In this document: positions 7,869-17,562 of the stretch, piece after piece
Layout: every line of letters starts with the position of its first letter
Position numbering within the stretch: position 1 is the first letter of the stretch
Assembly: GCA_028286585.1 (NCBI GenBank)
Contig: JAQBRI010000007.1
Location: 18,479-82,478, forward strand
Direction of reading: 5' to 3'
Source: Candidatus Kaiserbacteria bacterium
Lineage (GTDB): Bacteria; Patescibacteriota; Minisyncoccia; Phycocordibacterales; UBA2100
DNA: 64,000 nt
Translations under genes and position numbers: made by a program
The notes under the pieces: generated by a model
The model's database searches: none
Told to the model about the DNA's origin: nothing
What the model saw: only the letters and a program-made list of their open reading frames with translations

Positions 7869-10292
7869 TTACATCTCGATATCTTTCATCTCTCCCCAGC
7901 TTGGGCCCACGGCTGCGTCCACAATCAAAGGAACGTCTGCCAACAGCTCTGGCGCAACAATATGTTCCATTATATGTTTAATCTCTTTCGTCACTTGTGG
8001 CGCGAGACTCTTTTCAATCTCATAGACCAATTCATCATGTACTTGAAGAACCAGTCGTATTGTTTCTTTTGGATATTTCTTTTGAATCATGAGAGATGTT
8101 TGTATCATCGCAAGCTTGATAATGTCGGCTTGTGTTCCTTGAATAGGAGCATTGATAGCCATACGCTCAGCTTGAGCGATAAGTGCAGGCTGATTGGTTT
8201 TGAATCCTGCAAAATATCGACGACGACCAAACAATGTTTCGGTGTAGCCGTTTTTTTGTGCATCAAATTTTGTCTTGTCGATATATTCTCGCAGTCTTGG
8301 AAATTGTTTGAAGTAAGCGTCCAAAAATTCCGATGCTTGCGTGCGCGACACATCACTTCCCAAACTTCCCCGTAGCGCGTTGACTCCCATGCCGTACAAG
8401 ATTCCAAAGTTGATAACTTTTGCCTTGCGTCGCATATCACTGGTTACATTTTGCGGCACAACTGCAAACACCTCACTCGCAACTGCCGTGTGTACATCCT
8501 GATTTTCCTGGAATGTCTTGATAAGTTTTTCGTCACCCGAAATGGCTGCAGCGATTCTCAGTTCAACCTGTGAATAGTCGAGCGAGACCAAGACCGCACC
8601 CTCTTCTGCCTTGAATGCCCCTCGAATCCGGCGGCCATAGTCAGTTTTAATTGGAATATTCTGCAAATTTGGTGCCTCGCTCGCCATGCGCCCTGTTGTG
8701 GTTCCAGCTTGTAAAAAATACGCATGAAGACGGCCGTCGGTTTCAACGAGTGCCGGGATTTTTTCTATGTAAGTTGAAAGTAATTTTGAAAGTTCACGGT
8801 ACGCGAGCACGTCATCAATAATAGGATGCTGTCCTGCCATCTTGAGAAGCTCTTCTTCTCGCGTAGTACGTGCACCACTTGCGGTCTTTTTTTGTTTTTC
8901 GAGCGTAAGACCAAGTTCGTCATACAAAACGACGCCGAGCTGTTTTGGTGAACTAATATTAAATTCATGTCCTGCATGTTTGTGAATGCGTTTTTCTATA
9001 TTTTTTAATTCCTTACTGTATTCCACGGACAAGGTCTTAAGATACGGCACATCAACACGAACCCCATCAGTATGCATGCGCTCGACGATAGCAACCAACG
9101 GCTTTTCAATTGTGTCATATACCTCCTGAAGTCGGCCGGTCTTTTTGATTTCTTCAAAAATATATTCGTAGGCTTCTTTGAATGTTTTTTTCTTGGTCGC
9201 CAACAACACATCCTCAAGCGACGGGTTGGAAATATCAGATCGCAACAGCCACAAGCCTACCGATGCTTCTTTGAGTAAATCCGGATCAACATCTTCCTTC
9301 ACAACTTCCTCATCTGTCGCAGCGCTATCAAACATGTCGCCAAATGAAGTTTGATTTTTGCTTGCCTCTTGTTTGGCCAGTGCCTGTAGACGTGTTTTAA
9401 AGGAATTGAATTCAAGTTCTTCGCATAATGCCATCGCCGTTTCAATATGATCCGAAACACGCCACTCTTCTGGCGGTAATGTAAACGTGATGGGTGTATC
9501 GTGACGAATCGTTGCAAGACTATATGACATGTAGGCACTTTCTTTGCCGTTTTTTAAAAGTTCTACCATACGCGCCTTTATTCCCGCTTTTATAAGCAAG
9601 TCTTCGTTCTTTTCAAGTGTCTTGTAGATATTGTCGATCGACCCAAAATTGACGATCATGTCGGTTGCTGTTTTTTCTCCAATTCCTTTGATACCGGGAA
9701 TATTATCCGACGGATCTCCTCGTAGCGCCTTGTAGTCAATAACATGCTCGGGCCCAAAACCATACCGCTCGATCACTCGATCTCGGTCGTAGGTAATTGT
9801 TTCTGAGATTCCTTTTCCAAATGTATACACCGATACACCGTCACGCACGAGCTGTAGCGTATCCATATCCCCTGTCGCAATCACAATATCAAGGTCATCC
9901 CGATCACGCAGCTGGTACACAATAGTACCTACACAGTCATCAGCTTCAAATCCGGGTGCTTCGTATACAGGAACACCAAAAGCTTTGAACACCTCGGGTG
10001 CTTTTTTCAATTGCGAAATCAGGGCATCGTCTATTTGTGCTCGCGTACCTTTGTAGTCTGCAAACTGCGTATTACGAAATGTTCCTCCCGGAAGGTCTCG
10101 ACAGGCAATAACGTAATCGGGTTTCAAATCCTTTCCGATACGCAACAGCATCGACGCTACGCCAAACAATGCCCCCGTTGGCTCACCGCTGGTGGTCGCA
10201 AGTCCTGGTATTGCATGGTATGAACGATGCAATATTGCATGAGAGTCCAGTATGACGACTCGTTTTTTGGAAGACAGCTTCATTGCCACCAT
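7869..10292 (-). CDS. polA: DNA polymerase I (5-prime-3-prime exonuclease plus polymerase domains; proofreading-exonuclease motifs not obvious)
   Basis: N-terminal FEN-like domain (ILDSHAILHRSYHA...GFEADD), polymerase motifs RRKAKVINFGILYGM, QVHDELVYE. Confidence 0.9.
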   Translation of the reverse strand: MVAMKLSSKKRVVILDSHAILHRSYHAIPGLATTSGEPTGALFGVASMLLRIGKDLKPDYVIACRDLPGGTFRNTQFADYKGTRAQIDDALISQLKKAPEVFKAFGVPVYEAPGFEADDCVGTIVYQLRDRDDLDIVIATGDMDTLQLVRDGVSVYTFGKGISETITYDRDRVIERYGFGPEHVIDYKALRGDPSDNIPGIKGIGEKTATDMIVNFGSIDNIYKTLEKNEDLLIKAGIKARMVELLKNGKESAYMSYSLATIRHDTPITFTLPPEEWRVSDHIETAMALCEELEFNSFKTRLQALAKQEASKNQTSFGDMFDSAATDEEVVKEDVDPDLLKEASVGLWLLRSDISNPSLEDVLLATKKKTFKEAYEYIFEEIKKTGRLQEVYDTIEKPLVAIVERMHTDGVRVDVPYLKTLSVEYSKELKNIEKRIHKHAGHEFNISSPKQLGVVLYDELGLTLEKQKKTASGARTTREEELLKMAGQHPIIDDVLAYRELSKLLSTYIEKIPALVETDGRLHAYFLQAGTTTGRMASEAPNLQNIPIKTDYGRRIRGAFKAEEGAVLVSLDYSQVELRIAAAISGDEKLIKTFQENQDVHTAVASEVFAVVPQNVTSDMRRKAKVINFGILYGMGVNALRGSLGSDVSRTQASEFLDAYFKQFPRLREYIDKTKFDAQKNGYTETLFGRRRYFAGFKTNQPALIAQAERMAINAPIQGTQADIIKLAMIQTSLMIQKKYPKETIRLVLQVHDELVYEIEKSLAPQVTKEIKHIMEHIVAPELLADVPLIVDAAVGPSWGEMKDIEM

Positions 10293-10330
10293 TGTACCGC
10301 GAGAGGAGGATTTGCGCAGTAAGCAAGCTT

Positions 10331-10747
10331 TTAGCCAAAAATCATTCTGTGATCTTCATCGACAAATGTAAACGTGAGACTCCTTGCAGAAGACGGCACT
10401 AATGCTTCCACTCGTTCGGGCCATTCGATGCAAATAAGATTTTTTGGGTCTTCGGCTATATCGCTCCATCCGAGCACTTCGAGTTCGTGGCTGTTTTTTA
10501 AACGATATGCATCTATATGAACAAGTGTGCTGTATGGGCCGGTAGATAGTGCGTATTTTTTCATAATGACAAAGGTCGGGCTCGTTACTACTTCTGTAAC
10601 TCCAAACTCATGGGCAACTATTTGAACAAGTGTCGTTTTGCCTGCACCCAAGTCACCGTGAAGTGCGAGAATGGTTGCATGCTGCTGCAGAGTGAGCGAT
10701 TGAGCTATTGTTTTTGCCTGCTCTTCAAATCCTTCTCTGTCTAACAT
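10331..10747 (-). CDS. tsaE: tRNA threonylcarbamoyladenosine biosynthesis protein TsaE
   Basis: 138 aa, ALHGDLGAGKTTLVQ P-loop typical of YjeE/TsaE. Confidence 0.8.
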   Translation of the reverse strand: MLDREGFEEQAKTIAQSLTLQQHATILALHGDLGAGKTTLVQIVAHEFGVTEVVTSPTFVIMKKYALSTGPYSTLVHIDAYRLKNSHELEVLGWSDIAEDPKNLICIEWPERVEALVPSSARSLTFTFVDEDHRMIFG

Positions 10748-10794
10748 ACGAGTTACTATATCAGAAAGTGTTTACCGAGTGCTACAATATCTGC

Positions 10795-12489
10795 ATGATG
10801 CAGTTTAATGAAACCAAGCAGGATGAACGTCTTCATGAGCTACGCGCAAAGGAGGAAGAAGAGTTGGCACAAATGCTTTCTCAAAAATATGGAATAGAAT
10901 TTATCGATCTTTCATCACACTCAATTGATACTGACGCGCTCCGTCTCATTCCCGAGGCGACCGCAAGAAACTGCGACATTGCGGCATTTAGCAAAGTTAA
11001 CAAAACAATTTTGCTTGCGATGCGTGCACCCGAGCGAACTGATGCACTCGAAGTAGCACACGGCCTCGAACGACTTGGTTACGCGGTGCGAAGATACATT
11101 GTTTCGACCGCGTCCCTAGAGCACGCATGGGAGCGCTACAAAGATATTTCGTATGCTGCAGAAACTGAAGCAGGCGTACTTACCCTTTCGGCAACAACTA
11201 TCACCGAGATGCTTGCCAAGCTTCAGACTATTGAAGACGTTCGCTCTGAAATAAAAATTCATATTACAGCAAAGGATAGCCATCGTATTTCTCGCATCCT
11301 CGAAATTATTATGGCGGGAGCGCTTGGGCTTGGTGCCTCTGACGTTCACCTTGAGCCTGAAGAAAAGGGAGTCAACATGCGATATCGACTGGACGGCGTT
11401 TTGCTTGCCGTTGCCTCATTTGATTTTGAAACGTACCGACTTATGTCGTCCCGACTCAAACTGTTGTCTGGCTTGAAATTGAATATAAAAAATGCCGCTC
11501 AAGACGGACGATTTTCGATTGTGGTCAAGGAAAAAGAAATCGAGATTCGCGCCAGTGTTTTGCCGGGCGCATATGCCGAAACGATTGTTATGCGTATTTT
11601 GGATCCTTCAACTATTGCACTTCCAATGGAAGCGCTTGGTTTTGATACGTACCTCATGGATATCTTCAATCGTGAAATTGAAAAACCAAACGGTATGATT
11701 CTCAATACTGGTCCGACCGGATCTGGTAAAACAACCACACTCTACGCATTCCTTAATCGTGTTCGATCATCCGAAGTCAAAATCATTACCATTGAAGATC
11801 CTATCGAATACCACCTTGACGGTGTAGTGCAGACGCAGGTATCACGAGACTATTCATTTGCAGCAGGTTTGCGAAGTACACTCCGACAAGACCCGGACAT
11901 TATTATGGTGGGTGAAATCCGAGATAACGAAGTTGCGGAAACTGCGGTGCAGGCGTCCCTCACCGGTCACCTCGTATTCTCGACCTTGCATACCAATGAC
12001 GCCGCGGGAACATTCCCCCGCCTTATGGGTATGGGTGTATCTCCCGATATTTTGGGAGCATCACTTACTGTTGCGATGGCACAGCGTTTGGTTCGTCGCT
12101 TGTGTCCTCATTGCCGCATACAAGTTGAAATAACCGGCGACGAAAAAAAGCTTGTTGATTTATTACTTACCAACATTCCACACCCAGAAGGAATTCCAGA
12201 GAATCGCGGAGTAATGTTCATGCCAAAAGGTTGCGAGAAGTGCCGCGGTCTTGGATACAAGGGCCGAATCTCTGTTGTCGAAGTTATTTTGATGGATCAT
12301 GCAATTGAAAGCACTATCCGCGAGAGTGCGAGTGAACGCACCATCTGGCTTGCAGCTCGTCCACAAAATATTCGCCGCATGTCACAAGATGGTGTTATCA
12401 AAATTTTGCAAGGCGTTACTTCACTCGAAGAACTTGGCCGCGTCGTTGATTTGCACGACGATTCCCTTGAAGCGTACATAAAGGGATAA
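10795..12489 (+). CDS. pilB: type IV pilus / type II secretion assembly ATPase (PilB/GspE family)
   Basis: Walker A NTGPTGSGKTTTLYAFL, Asp box, His box and tetracysteine CPHC...CEKC motif; start moved to the internal Met pair at 10795 to avoid overlap with tsaE. Confidence 0.85.
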   Translation: MMQFNETKQDERLHELRAKEEEELAQMLSQKYGIEFIDLSSHSIDTDALRLIPEATARNCDIAAFSKVNKTILLAMRAPERTDALEVAHGLERLGYAVRRYIVSTASLEHAWERYKDISYAAETEAGVLTLSATTITEMLAKLQTIEDVRSEIKIHITAKDSHRISRILEIIMAGALGLGASDVHLEPEEKGVNMRYRLDGVLLAVASFDFETYRLMSSRLKLLSGLKLNIKNAAQDGRFSIVVKEKEIEIRASVLPGAYAETIVMRILDPSTIALPMEALGFDTYLMDIFNREIEKPNGMILNTGPTGSGKTTTLYAFLNRVRSSEVKIITIEDPIEYHLDGVVQTQVSRDYSFAAGLRSTLRQDPDIIMVGEIRDNEVAETAVQASLTGHLVFSTLHTNDAAGTFPRLMGMGVSPDILGASLTVAMAQRLVRRLCPHCRIQVEITGDEKKLVDLLLTNIPHPEGIPENRGVMFMPKGCEKCRGLGYKGRISVVEVILMDHAIESTIRESASERTIWLAARPQNIRRMSQDGVIKILQGVTSLEELGRVVDLHDDSLEAYIKG

Positions 12490-12507
12490 AACCATGCATA
12501 GATTGAC

Positions 12508-12547
12508 AAAAAACATCTCCGTATTTTCAAAAATACGGAGATGTTTT
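12508..12547. terminator. perfect 17-bp palindrome AAAAACATCTCCGTATT-ttcaaa-AATACGGAGATGTTTTT, bidirectional intrinsic terminator after pilB
   Basis: Long GC-containing stem flanked by A-run and T-run. Confidence 0.7.
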
Positions 12548-12601
12548 TACACCACAGAAAAATCTTGCACAGAAGGAATGGGGTGATACTGTTTGTACTA
12601 G

Positions 12602-12740
12602 AAAAGCAGCAAGATTTTCAGACCGAGCTTTCTGTAAGAAAAGGTGCACCATGACTTAGGGATGGAGAAAGCCTTTATATAAATATAAAAACTGTCTCGT
12701 CCGTAGTGAAGTACGTCGGTCTGAAAATCTTGCTGCTTTT
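12602..12740. repeat. 24-bp perfect inverted repeat (AAAAGCAGCAAGATTTTCAGACCG) flanking a 91-bp spacer
   Basis: Arms at 12602-12625 and 12717-12740 are exact reverse complements; partial third arm copy at about 12558-12571. Confidence 0.7.
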
Positions 12741-12798
12741 AAACAAAAGAAGTGTCGATCGCTCGACAACTTGAGGGAGTATAGCATATCTATTTCAT

Positions 12799-13842
12799 TT
12801 GTCAATAGAGGATCATATGAACACAAATATACCAAACACGCAGCCAAAAAAAGAAACTGGGATGCGATCCCTCGATCAGGCACTGCGTCCTGAATCATGG
12901 ACCGAATATATTGGGCAGCCAACCATCAAAGAGAACCTGAGAATCCTTCTTTCTGCTGCAAAAGGCCGCGGTCATCAGCCCGAGCACGTTCTTTTGTATG
13001 GTCCACCAGGACTTGGCAAAACAACGCTCGCACATCTCATTACCAAAGAGATTGGTTCATCACTTCGTGCAACATCTGGGCCCGCGATCGAGCGCGTGGG
13101 AGATCTCGCCTCAATTCTTACCAACCTCTCCCCTGGTGACGTATTGTTTATTGACGAAATTCACCGCTTAAACCGAAACATCGAAGAAATTTTGTATCCT
13201 GCGCTCGAAGCAGGCGTACTCGATATTATTATCGGTAAAGGTCCAGCAGCCCGCACGGTACAGCTTGAACTTCCTCCGTTTACTCTCATCGCAGCAACAA
13301 CACGCATCTCGATGTTGAGTGCACCGCTGCGAAGTCGCTTTTCGGGCGGAACGTTCCGGCTTGCTTATTATTCCCACGAGGAAATCGCCGAAATTCTTCG
13401 CAGGTCTGCACGTATTTTGAATATCGAAGCCGATCAGGATGCATTTATGGAAATAGCTCGGCGCAGTCGAGCGACACCTCGTACTGCAAACTACTTGCTT
13501 AAGCGCGCAAGAGACTTTGCAGACGTAAACCAAGAACCGCTCTCGGTAAAGACGATTAAAAAGGCGCTTGCGCTGTTGGAAATAGATGAAATTGGTCTCA
13601 ATCAAACCGACCGCGACATTCTCTCGACAATAATCGACAAATTTCATGGCGGACCCGTCGGTCTAAAAAGTATTGCTGCAACACTCTCAGAAGAGGAGGC
13701 AACTATTGAGGAGGTGCATGAGCCATATCTTATGCAAATCGGCCTCATCGAACGCACTCCCCGCGGCCGTGTCGTCACTTCACAAGGTTATACCCACATT
13801 GGTTATGATGTCCCAGAAAGTGCTCAAGGAAAATTGGTGTAA
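12799..13842 (+). CDS. ruvB: Holliday junction DNA helicase RuvB
   Basis: AAA+ Walker A LLYGPPGLGKTTLAHLI, Walker B VLFIDEIHRL, C-terminal winged helix. Confidence 0.9.
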   Translation: MSIEDHMNTNIPNTQPKKETGMRSLDQALRPESWTEYIGQPTIKENLRILLSAAKGRGHQPEHVLLYGPPGLGKTTLAHLITKEIGSSLRATSGPAIERVGDLASILTNLSPGDVLFIDEIHRLNRNIEEILYPALEAGVLDIIIGKGPAARTVQLELPPFTLIAATTRISMLSAPLRSRFSGGTFRLAYYSHEEIAEILRRSARILNIEADQDAFMEIARRSRATPRTANYLLKRARDFADVNQEPLSVKTIKKALALLEIDEIGLNQTDRDILSTIIDKFHGGPVGLKSIAATLSEEEATIEEVHEPYLMQIGLIERTPRGRVVTSQGYTHIGYDVPESAQGKLV

Positions 13843-14703
13843 CTATCGTACAAACCGAACGTAGATTCCTGTCGGTAATGTTCGCTCACCGCTTGATTCA
13901 GCAATGTGCAATTCGCCGTATTCCCCACTTACTTCACCAAAAACACCTTCGACGAGTTGTTTAAAAGCAGTTGCAGAATAGCCGGCAGCGTAGCCATTGA
14001 GTAGAAAAAAAGAACCTGGCTTGTCACTCAAGAGTTGTTTTGTTGTTTCAACAAGCTTAATTAAATCTTCTTCTATTTTCCATACTTCTCCTTTGAGTCC
14101 GCGACCAAACGCAGGCGGATCAAGAATAATTCCTTCATACTTTGCATCTCGGCGTACATCACGAGCCACAAATTTCATGGCATCATCTGGAATATAGCGT
14201 ATTCCCTCCTCAGGCACGTTTGAAAGATCTGCATTTTTGTGCGCCCAATCAAGTGACTGTTTGGAGGCGTCGACATGAGTCACCTTCGCACCAGCAAGCG
14301 CCGCAACAATACTCGCCGCACCGGTATACCCAAAAAGGTTGAGTACCTTTGGTGATTCAAGTTTCTCAACTTGGTTCTTAATCCATTCCCAGTTTGCAGC
14401 TTGTTCAGGAAAAATCCCGACGTGTTTAAAATTAGTCTTACTCAGCTCCATCGACATAGCATTCCACTTAATAGTCCATTCGTTTGGCGCACTTTTTATC
14501 ATGTGCCACAAACCCTTTCCATCGGTATGCGAGTAGCGAGCTGATGCCTCTTTCCATGAATCAGTTATTGGCTTCCAAAGTGCCTGTGTTTCCGGACGAT
14601 CAAGGATGATATCCCCAAATCGTTCAAGCTTTGCTCCATTACCCGAATCAATGAGCTCGTAGTCTGCCCACTTTTTTGTGATGAGTTCTTTTTGTAGCAA
14701 CAT
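13843..14703 (-). CDS. class I SAM-dependent RNA methyltransferase (RlmI-like catalytic domain without PUA)
   Basis: YELIDSGNGAKLERFG start and VLNLFGYTGAAS motif resembling the PF10672 RlmI family. Confidence 0.55.
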   Translation of the reverse strand: MLLQKELITKKWADYELIDSGNGAKLERFGDIILDRPETQALWKPITDSWKEASARYSHTDGKGLWHMIKSAPNEWTIKWNAMSMELSKTNFKHVGIFPEQAANWEWIKNQVEKLESPKVLNLFGYTGAASIVAALAGAKVTHVDASKQSLDWAHKNADLSNVPEEGIRYIPDDAMKFVARDVRRDAKYEGIILDPPAFGRGLKGEVWKIEEDLIKLVETTKQLLSDKPGSFFLLNGYAAGYSATAFKQLVEGVFGEVSGEYGELHIAESSGERTLPTGIYVRFVR

Positions 14704-14704
14704 A

Positions 14705-15463
14705 TTATGAAAGTGCCTGCGGGTGTTGTCGGGACCATTCGTACAACACGACGGCAGTTGAGACGGCTGCGTTTAGTGACTCGGTGCGTGCATGCATTGG
14801 GATTTTAAGTTTTACATCGCAATGCTCAAGTGTTTTCTGATGAATCCCCTCGCCTTCGTTTCCAACCACAAATACAGCAGGTGCATTAAATTTCTCATCA
14901 TGCAGATTGGTTGCACCTTTCATCGCGAGACCATAGATCCAAAAACCTTTTTCCTTGAGAGCTCGTACTGCATTGTTTACATTTCCAATAGAAACAATCG
15001 GTACACGAAACGCCATTCCCGCAGATGTCTTCACTACCGCGCCGGTAACTTGCACCTGGTTGCGCTCGGGCATGAGTATTCCGGATATTCCAAACCCAGC
15101 TGCACTACGGATAATCGCACCCACGTTGTGTGGATCCTGAAGTTCGTCCATCAAAACCAATGCGGTATGAGGTGTAACCTCAACCTTCTTTAAAAAATCT
15201 TCAAATGAGATAACAAGCTTTGATGTATCAATTACTCCAATGACTCCTTGATGATTGGCGTCTTTTGCAACACCTGCCTGGCCGCTGAGCGGACCAACAT
15301 TAATGTTCAGTTCTTTGAGTCGGGCGGTTATTTGTGGGGGCAACGCACCTGGAGCAAGAAAAACCTTTTGGATAATATGGGGTACCGTTTCAATGGCCTC
15401 GGTGAGGGCATGCTTTCCATAGATATAGACTTTTTCTCGTGTCATAGTGCCTGGTCCCTGCAT
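14705..15463 (-). CDS. rlmB: 23S rRNA (guanosine-2-prime-O)-methyltransferase RlmB (SpoU family with N-terminal substrate-binding domain)
   Basis: KVYIYGKHALTEAI N-domain, SPOUT motifs LVLMDELQDPHNVGAIIRSAAGFG, GNEGEGI, ESLNAAVSTAVVLYE. Confidence 0.8.
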   Translation of the reverse strand: MQGPGTMTREKVYIYGKHALTEAIETVPHIIQKVFLAPGALPPQITARLKELNINVGPLSGQAGVAKDANHQGVIGVIDTSKLVISFEDFLKKVEVTPHTALVLMDELQDPHNVGAIIRSAAGFGISGILMPERNQVQVTGAVVKTSAGMAFRVPIVSIGNVNNAVRALKEKGFWIYGLAMKGATNLHDEKFNAPAVFVVGNEGEGIHQKTLEHCDVKLKIPMHARTESLNAAVSTAVVLYEWSRQHPQALS

Positions 15464-15469
15464 CTTGCA

Positions 15470-15727
15470 CTATTGTGGAGTAGATGTCGATGTACTCGTT
15501 GATTCTATTATTTGTTGAACAGGTTGGGAGGGAAAATTTGGCTCAGCTAGTGTTGCCGGTGCCACGCCTGCAGAGAGTGATTCTGCCTGAATGCCTGCCG
15601 GTGTAATGGGAATAGAAATTGCCGAGGTTGGAGATCCGGGAGTCACTCCAACTGATATTGCCCACGCACCAACGTTGACACCAAGAACGACAGCGCAGAT
15701 GCGGACGAGAAATTCGTGTCTAAACAT
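15470..15727 (-). CDS. small predicted secreted protein (low-confidence ORF)
   Basis: Signal-peptide-like N-terminus from internal Met (MFRHEFLVRICAVVLGVNVGAWA), Ser/Thr-rich tail. Confidence 0.2.
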   Translation of the reverse strand: MFRHEFLVRICAVVLGVNVGAWAISVGVTPGSPTSAISIPITPAGIQAESLSAGVAPATLAEPNFPSQPVQQIIESTSTSTSTPQ

Positions 15728-15758
15728 GTTTGTATTGTACAGGAAAAAAGAGGCGCAT

Positions 15759-15857
15759 TCACGGTATAAGTTTGCAGAGCACACTGTATTTTTCTACTGA
15801 AAAATCAGTTCCCTCTCAGGCCGTCGCCTTCCGAGAGTCTCTGCAAACTTATACCGT
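15759..15857. promoter_or_regulatory. 20-bp perfect inverted repeat (CACGGTATAAGTTTGCAGAG) with 59-nt loop containing nested hairpins, upstream of yebC
   Basis: Arms 15759-15778 and 15838-15857 exactly complementary. Confidence 0.5.
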
Positions 15858-15915
15858 GAGTGCTGAGAAGGTCAGGGGGAATGCGGCGACTATTGAAATC
15901 TTATATACTATTCAT

Positions 15916-16449
15916 ATGTCGGGACATAACAAATGGGCGCAAATTAAGCACAAAAAGGCAATAACCGATTCACGGCGCGGCAAACTCTGGACAACTATTT
16001 CGCGGCGCATTACGGTAGAAAGCAAAAAATCAGGCGGAGATACAACGTCTCCAGCTCTTCGTACTTGGATCGATAAGGGGCGCGAAGCCAATATGCCAAA
16101 AGAAACCATCGAACGAGCAATCACTAAAGGTGTATCGAGCGATGCTGCTGCAACAGAATCCATAACATACGAAGCATATGGCCCAGGTGGTGTTGCCATT
16201 ATCATCAATACACTTACCGACAGTCGTAATCGCACAGCACAAGAAATTAAACACCTTCTCTCACTTCATGGTGTTGCTCTTGCCGCTGTCGGTTCGGCAC
16301 TGTGGGCATTTGAAAAAACTGGTGAGGGTTACGTGCCGCTAACCATGGTCAAGGTTGAAACACCCGAAGATGAAGACGCCCTCATGAAACTACTCGACGC
16401 ATTGGACGATAATGATGATGTCGAAGAGGTGTATACCAACGCCGAATAA
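15916..16449 (+). CDS. yebC: YebC/PmpR family DNA-binding transcriptional regulator
   Basis: MSGHNKWAQIKHKKAITDSRRGKLWT canonical N-terminus; start set at that Met rather than the upstream ORF start. Confidence 0.85.
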   Translation: MSGHNKWAQIKHKKAITDSRRGKLWTTISRRITVESKKSGGDTTSPALRTWIDKGREANMPKETIERAITKGVSSDAAATESITYEAYGPGGVAIIINTLTDSRNRTAQEIKHLLSLHGVALAAVGSALWAFEKTGEGYVPLTMVKVETPEDEDALMKLLDALDDNDDVEEVYTNAE

Positions 16450-17043
16450 TCACCTCGTTACAATATGCGTACGCCGCAGCTCCTTTCTTAAAAGGAGATG
16501 CTCTGGACATGCTCGTGCAACTAAATTCCAAAAATTCTTTGAATGATTCAGTTCTTTGAGGTGGCAAAGTTCATGAATAACAATGTAATCGATGAGTTTT
16601 TCGGGAAGCAGCGCTATTTTGTAATTAAAATTAAGATTGCCACTGCGCGAGCAGCTCCCCCACCGAGTCTTTTGATCTCGTATGCTCACTTTCTTATATG
16701 AATATCCATATTGCGCGGCAAAGTAACCAAGTCGGTCTTTAATGATGCGAGCTGTCTTCTCTTTTAAAACAGGAATATCTTTTTTTGGAACTTTTATAAT
16801 GTTTCTTTGTGAGGCTTGCTGCTGTCTCTTATAAATCCAGGCACCATGTTTGCGTACATATGCGTCAACATAATTTTTCGATAGGAGTACTGGCGCAGTA
16901 ACTCGTACCACACCATCAATATCCACCATTATTCGAAGTGAGCGGGAACGACGGCTTCGGACAAGCGTATATTCCGAACTCTGTAATTGATTTGTATCGT
17001 GTAACACAGGCCCATAGTACCCCAAATGGTATGATGCGAACAT
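16450..17043 (-). CDS. DUF45/YgjP-like metal-dependent hydrolase (HEXXH, M48-like)
   Basis: IVIHELCHLKELNHSKNFW motif; start uncertain (could extend to 17127). Confidence 0.55.
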   Translation of the reverse strand: MFASYHLGYYGPVLHDTNQLQSSEYTLVRSRRSRSLRIMVDIDGVVRVTAPVLLSKNYVDAYVRKHGAWIYKRQQQASQRNIIKVPKKDIPVLKEKTARIIKDRLGYFAAQYGYSYKKVSIRDQKTRWGSCSRSGNLNFNYKIALLPEKLIDYIVIHELCHLKELNHSKNFWNLVARACPEHLLLRKELRRTHIVTR

Positions 17044-17527
17044 GAAAGTGCTGGCAATTGACCCTGGATATGGACGCTGCGGCATTGCCGTAGTCGAAAA
17101 AAATGGCGGCGATAGAGAACGTGTCATCTATTCCAACTGTATCGAAACATCCTCAAAGGATGCTTTCCCCGAAAGGCTAGCAGCAATAGTTACGGAATGC
17201 CTCCATATATTTGAAGAGTACGGCCCAGACACATTTGCTATCGAAAAGCTTTTTTTTACTAATAACCAAAAAACAGCGATGCAAGTTGCCGAGGTACGTG
17301 GAGCACTCATCGCGCTTGCCGCTACGCGCGACATACCAGTTTCGGAATATACGCCAATGCAGGTAAAAAGTGCAACAGCGGGATGGGGAGGAGCTGACAA
17401 ACAGCAAATCATTCAAACGGTTCGCATGCTTGTGCATATTGAAAAAGAAATTAAGCATGACGACGAATATGATGCCATTGCAATTGGCATCACTCACCTT
17501 GCACACAGTCGCGGGATAAAACGTTAG
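17042..17527 (+). CDS. ruvC: crossover junction endodeoxyribonuclease RuvC
   Basis: MKVLAIDPGYGRCGIAVVE N-terminus, RNase H-like fold motifs. Confidence 0.85.
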   Translation: MKVLAIDPGYGRCGIAVVEKNGGDRERVIYSNCIETSSKDAFPERLAAIVTECLHIFEEYGPDTFAIEKLFFTNNQKTAMQVAEVRGALIALAATRDIPVSEYTPMQVKSATAGWGGADKQQIIQTVRMLVHIEKEIKHDDEYDAIAIGITHLAHSRGIKR

Positions 17528-17562
17528 GGAAATAATATATTAAGCGATAGAATAGATAGACT

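Noticed and set aside
10708-10794. N-terminal extension of the pilB ORF
   Set aside because: Overlaps the tsaE start on the opposite strand; conserved PilB sequence starts at the Met pair at 10795
12602-12740. SRP (4.5S) RNA as explanation for the long hairpin
   Set aside because: No domain IV consensus (GGAAG...AGCAGC, GNRA apex) and the stem is perfectly paired, unlike SRP RNA
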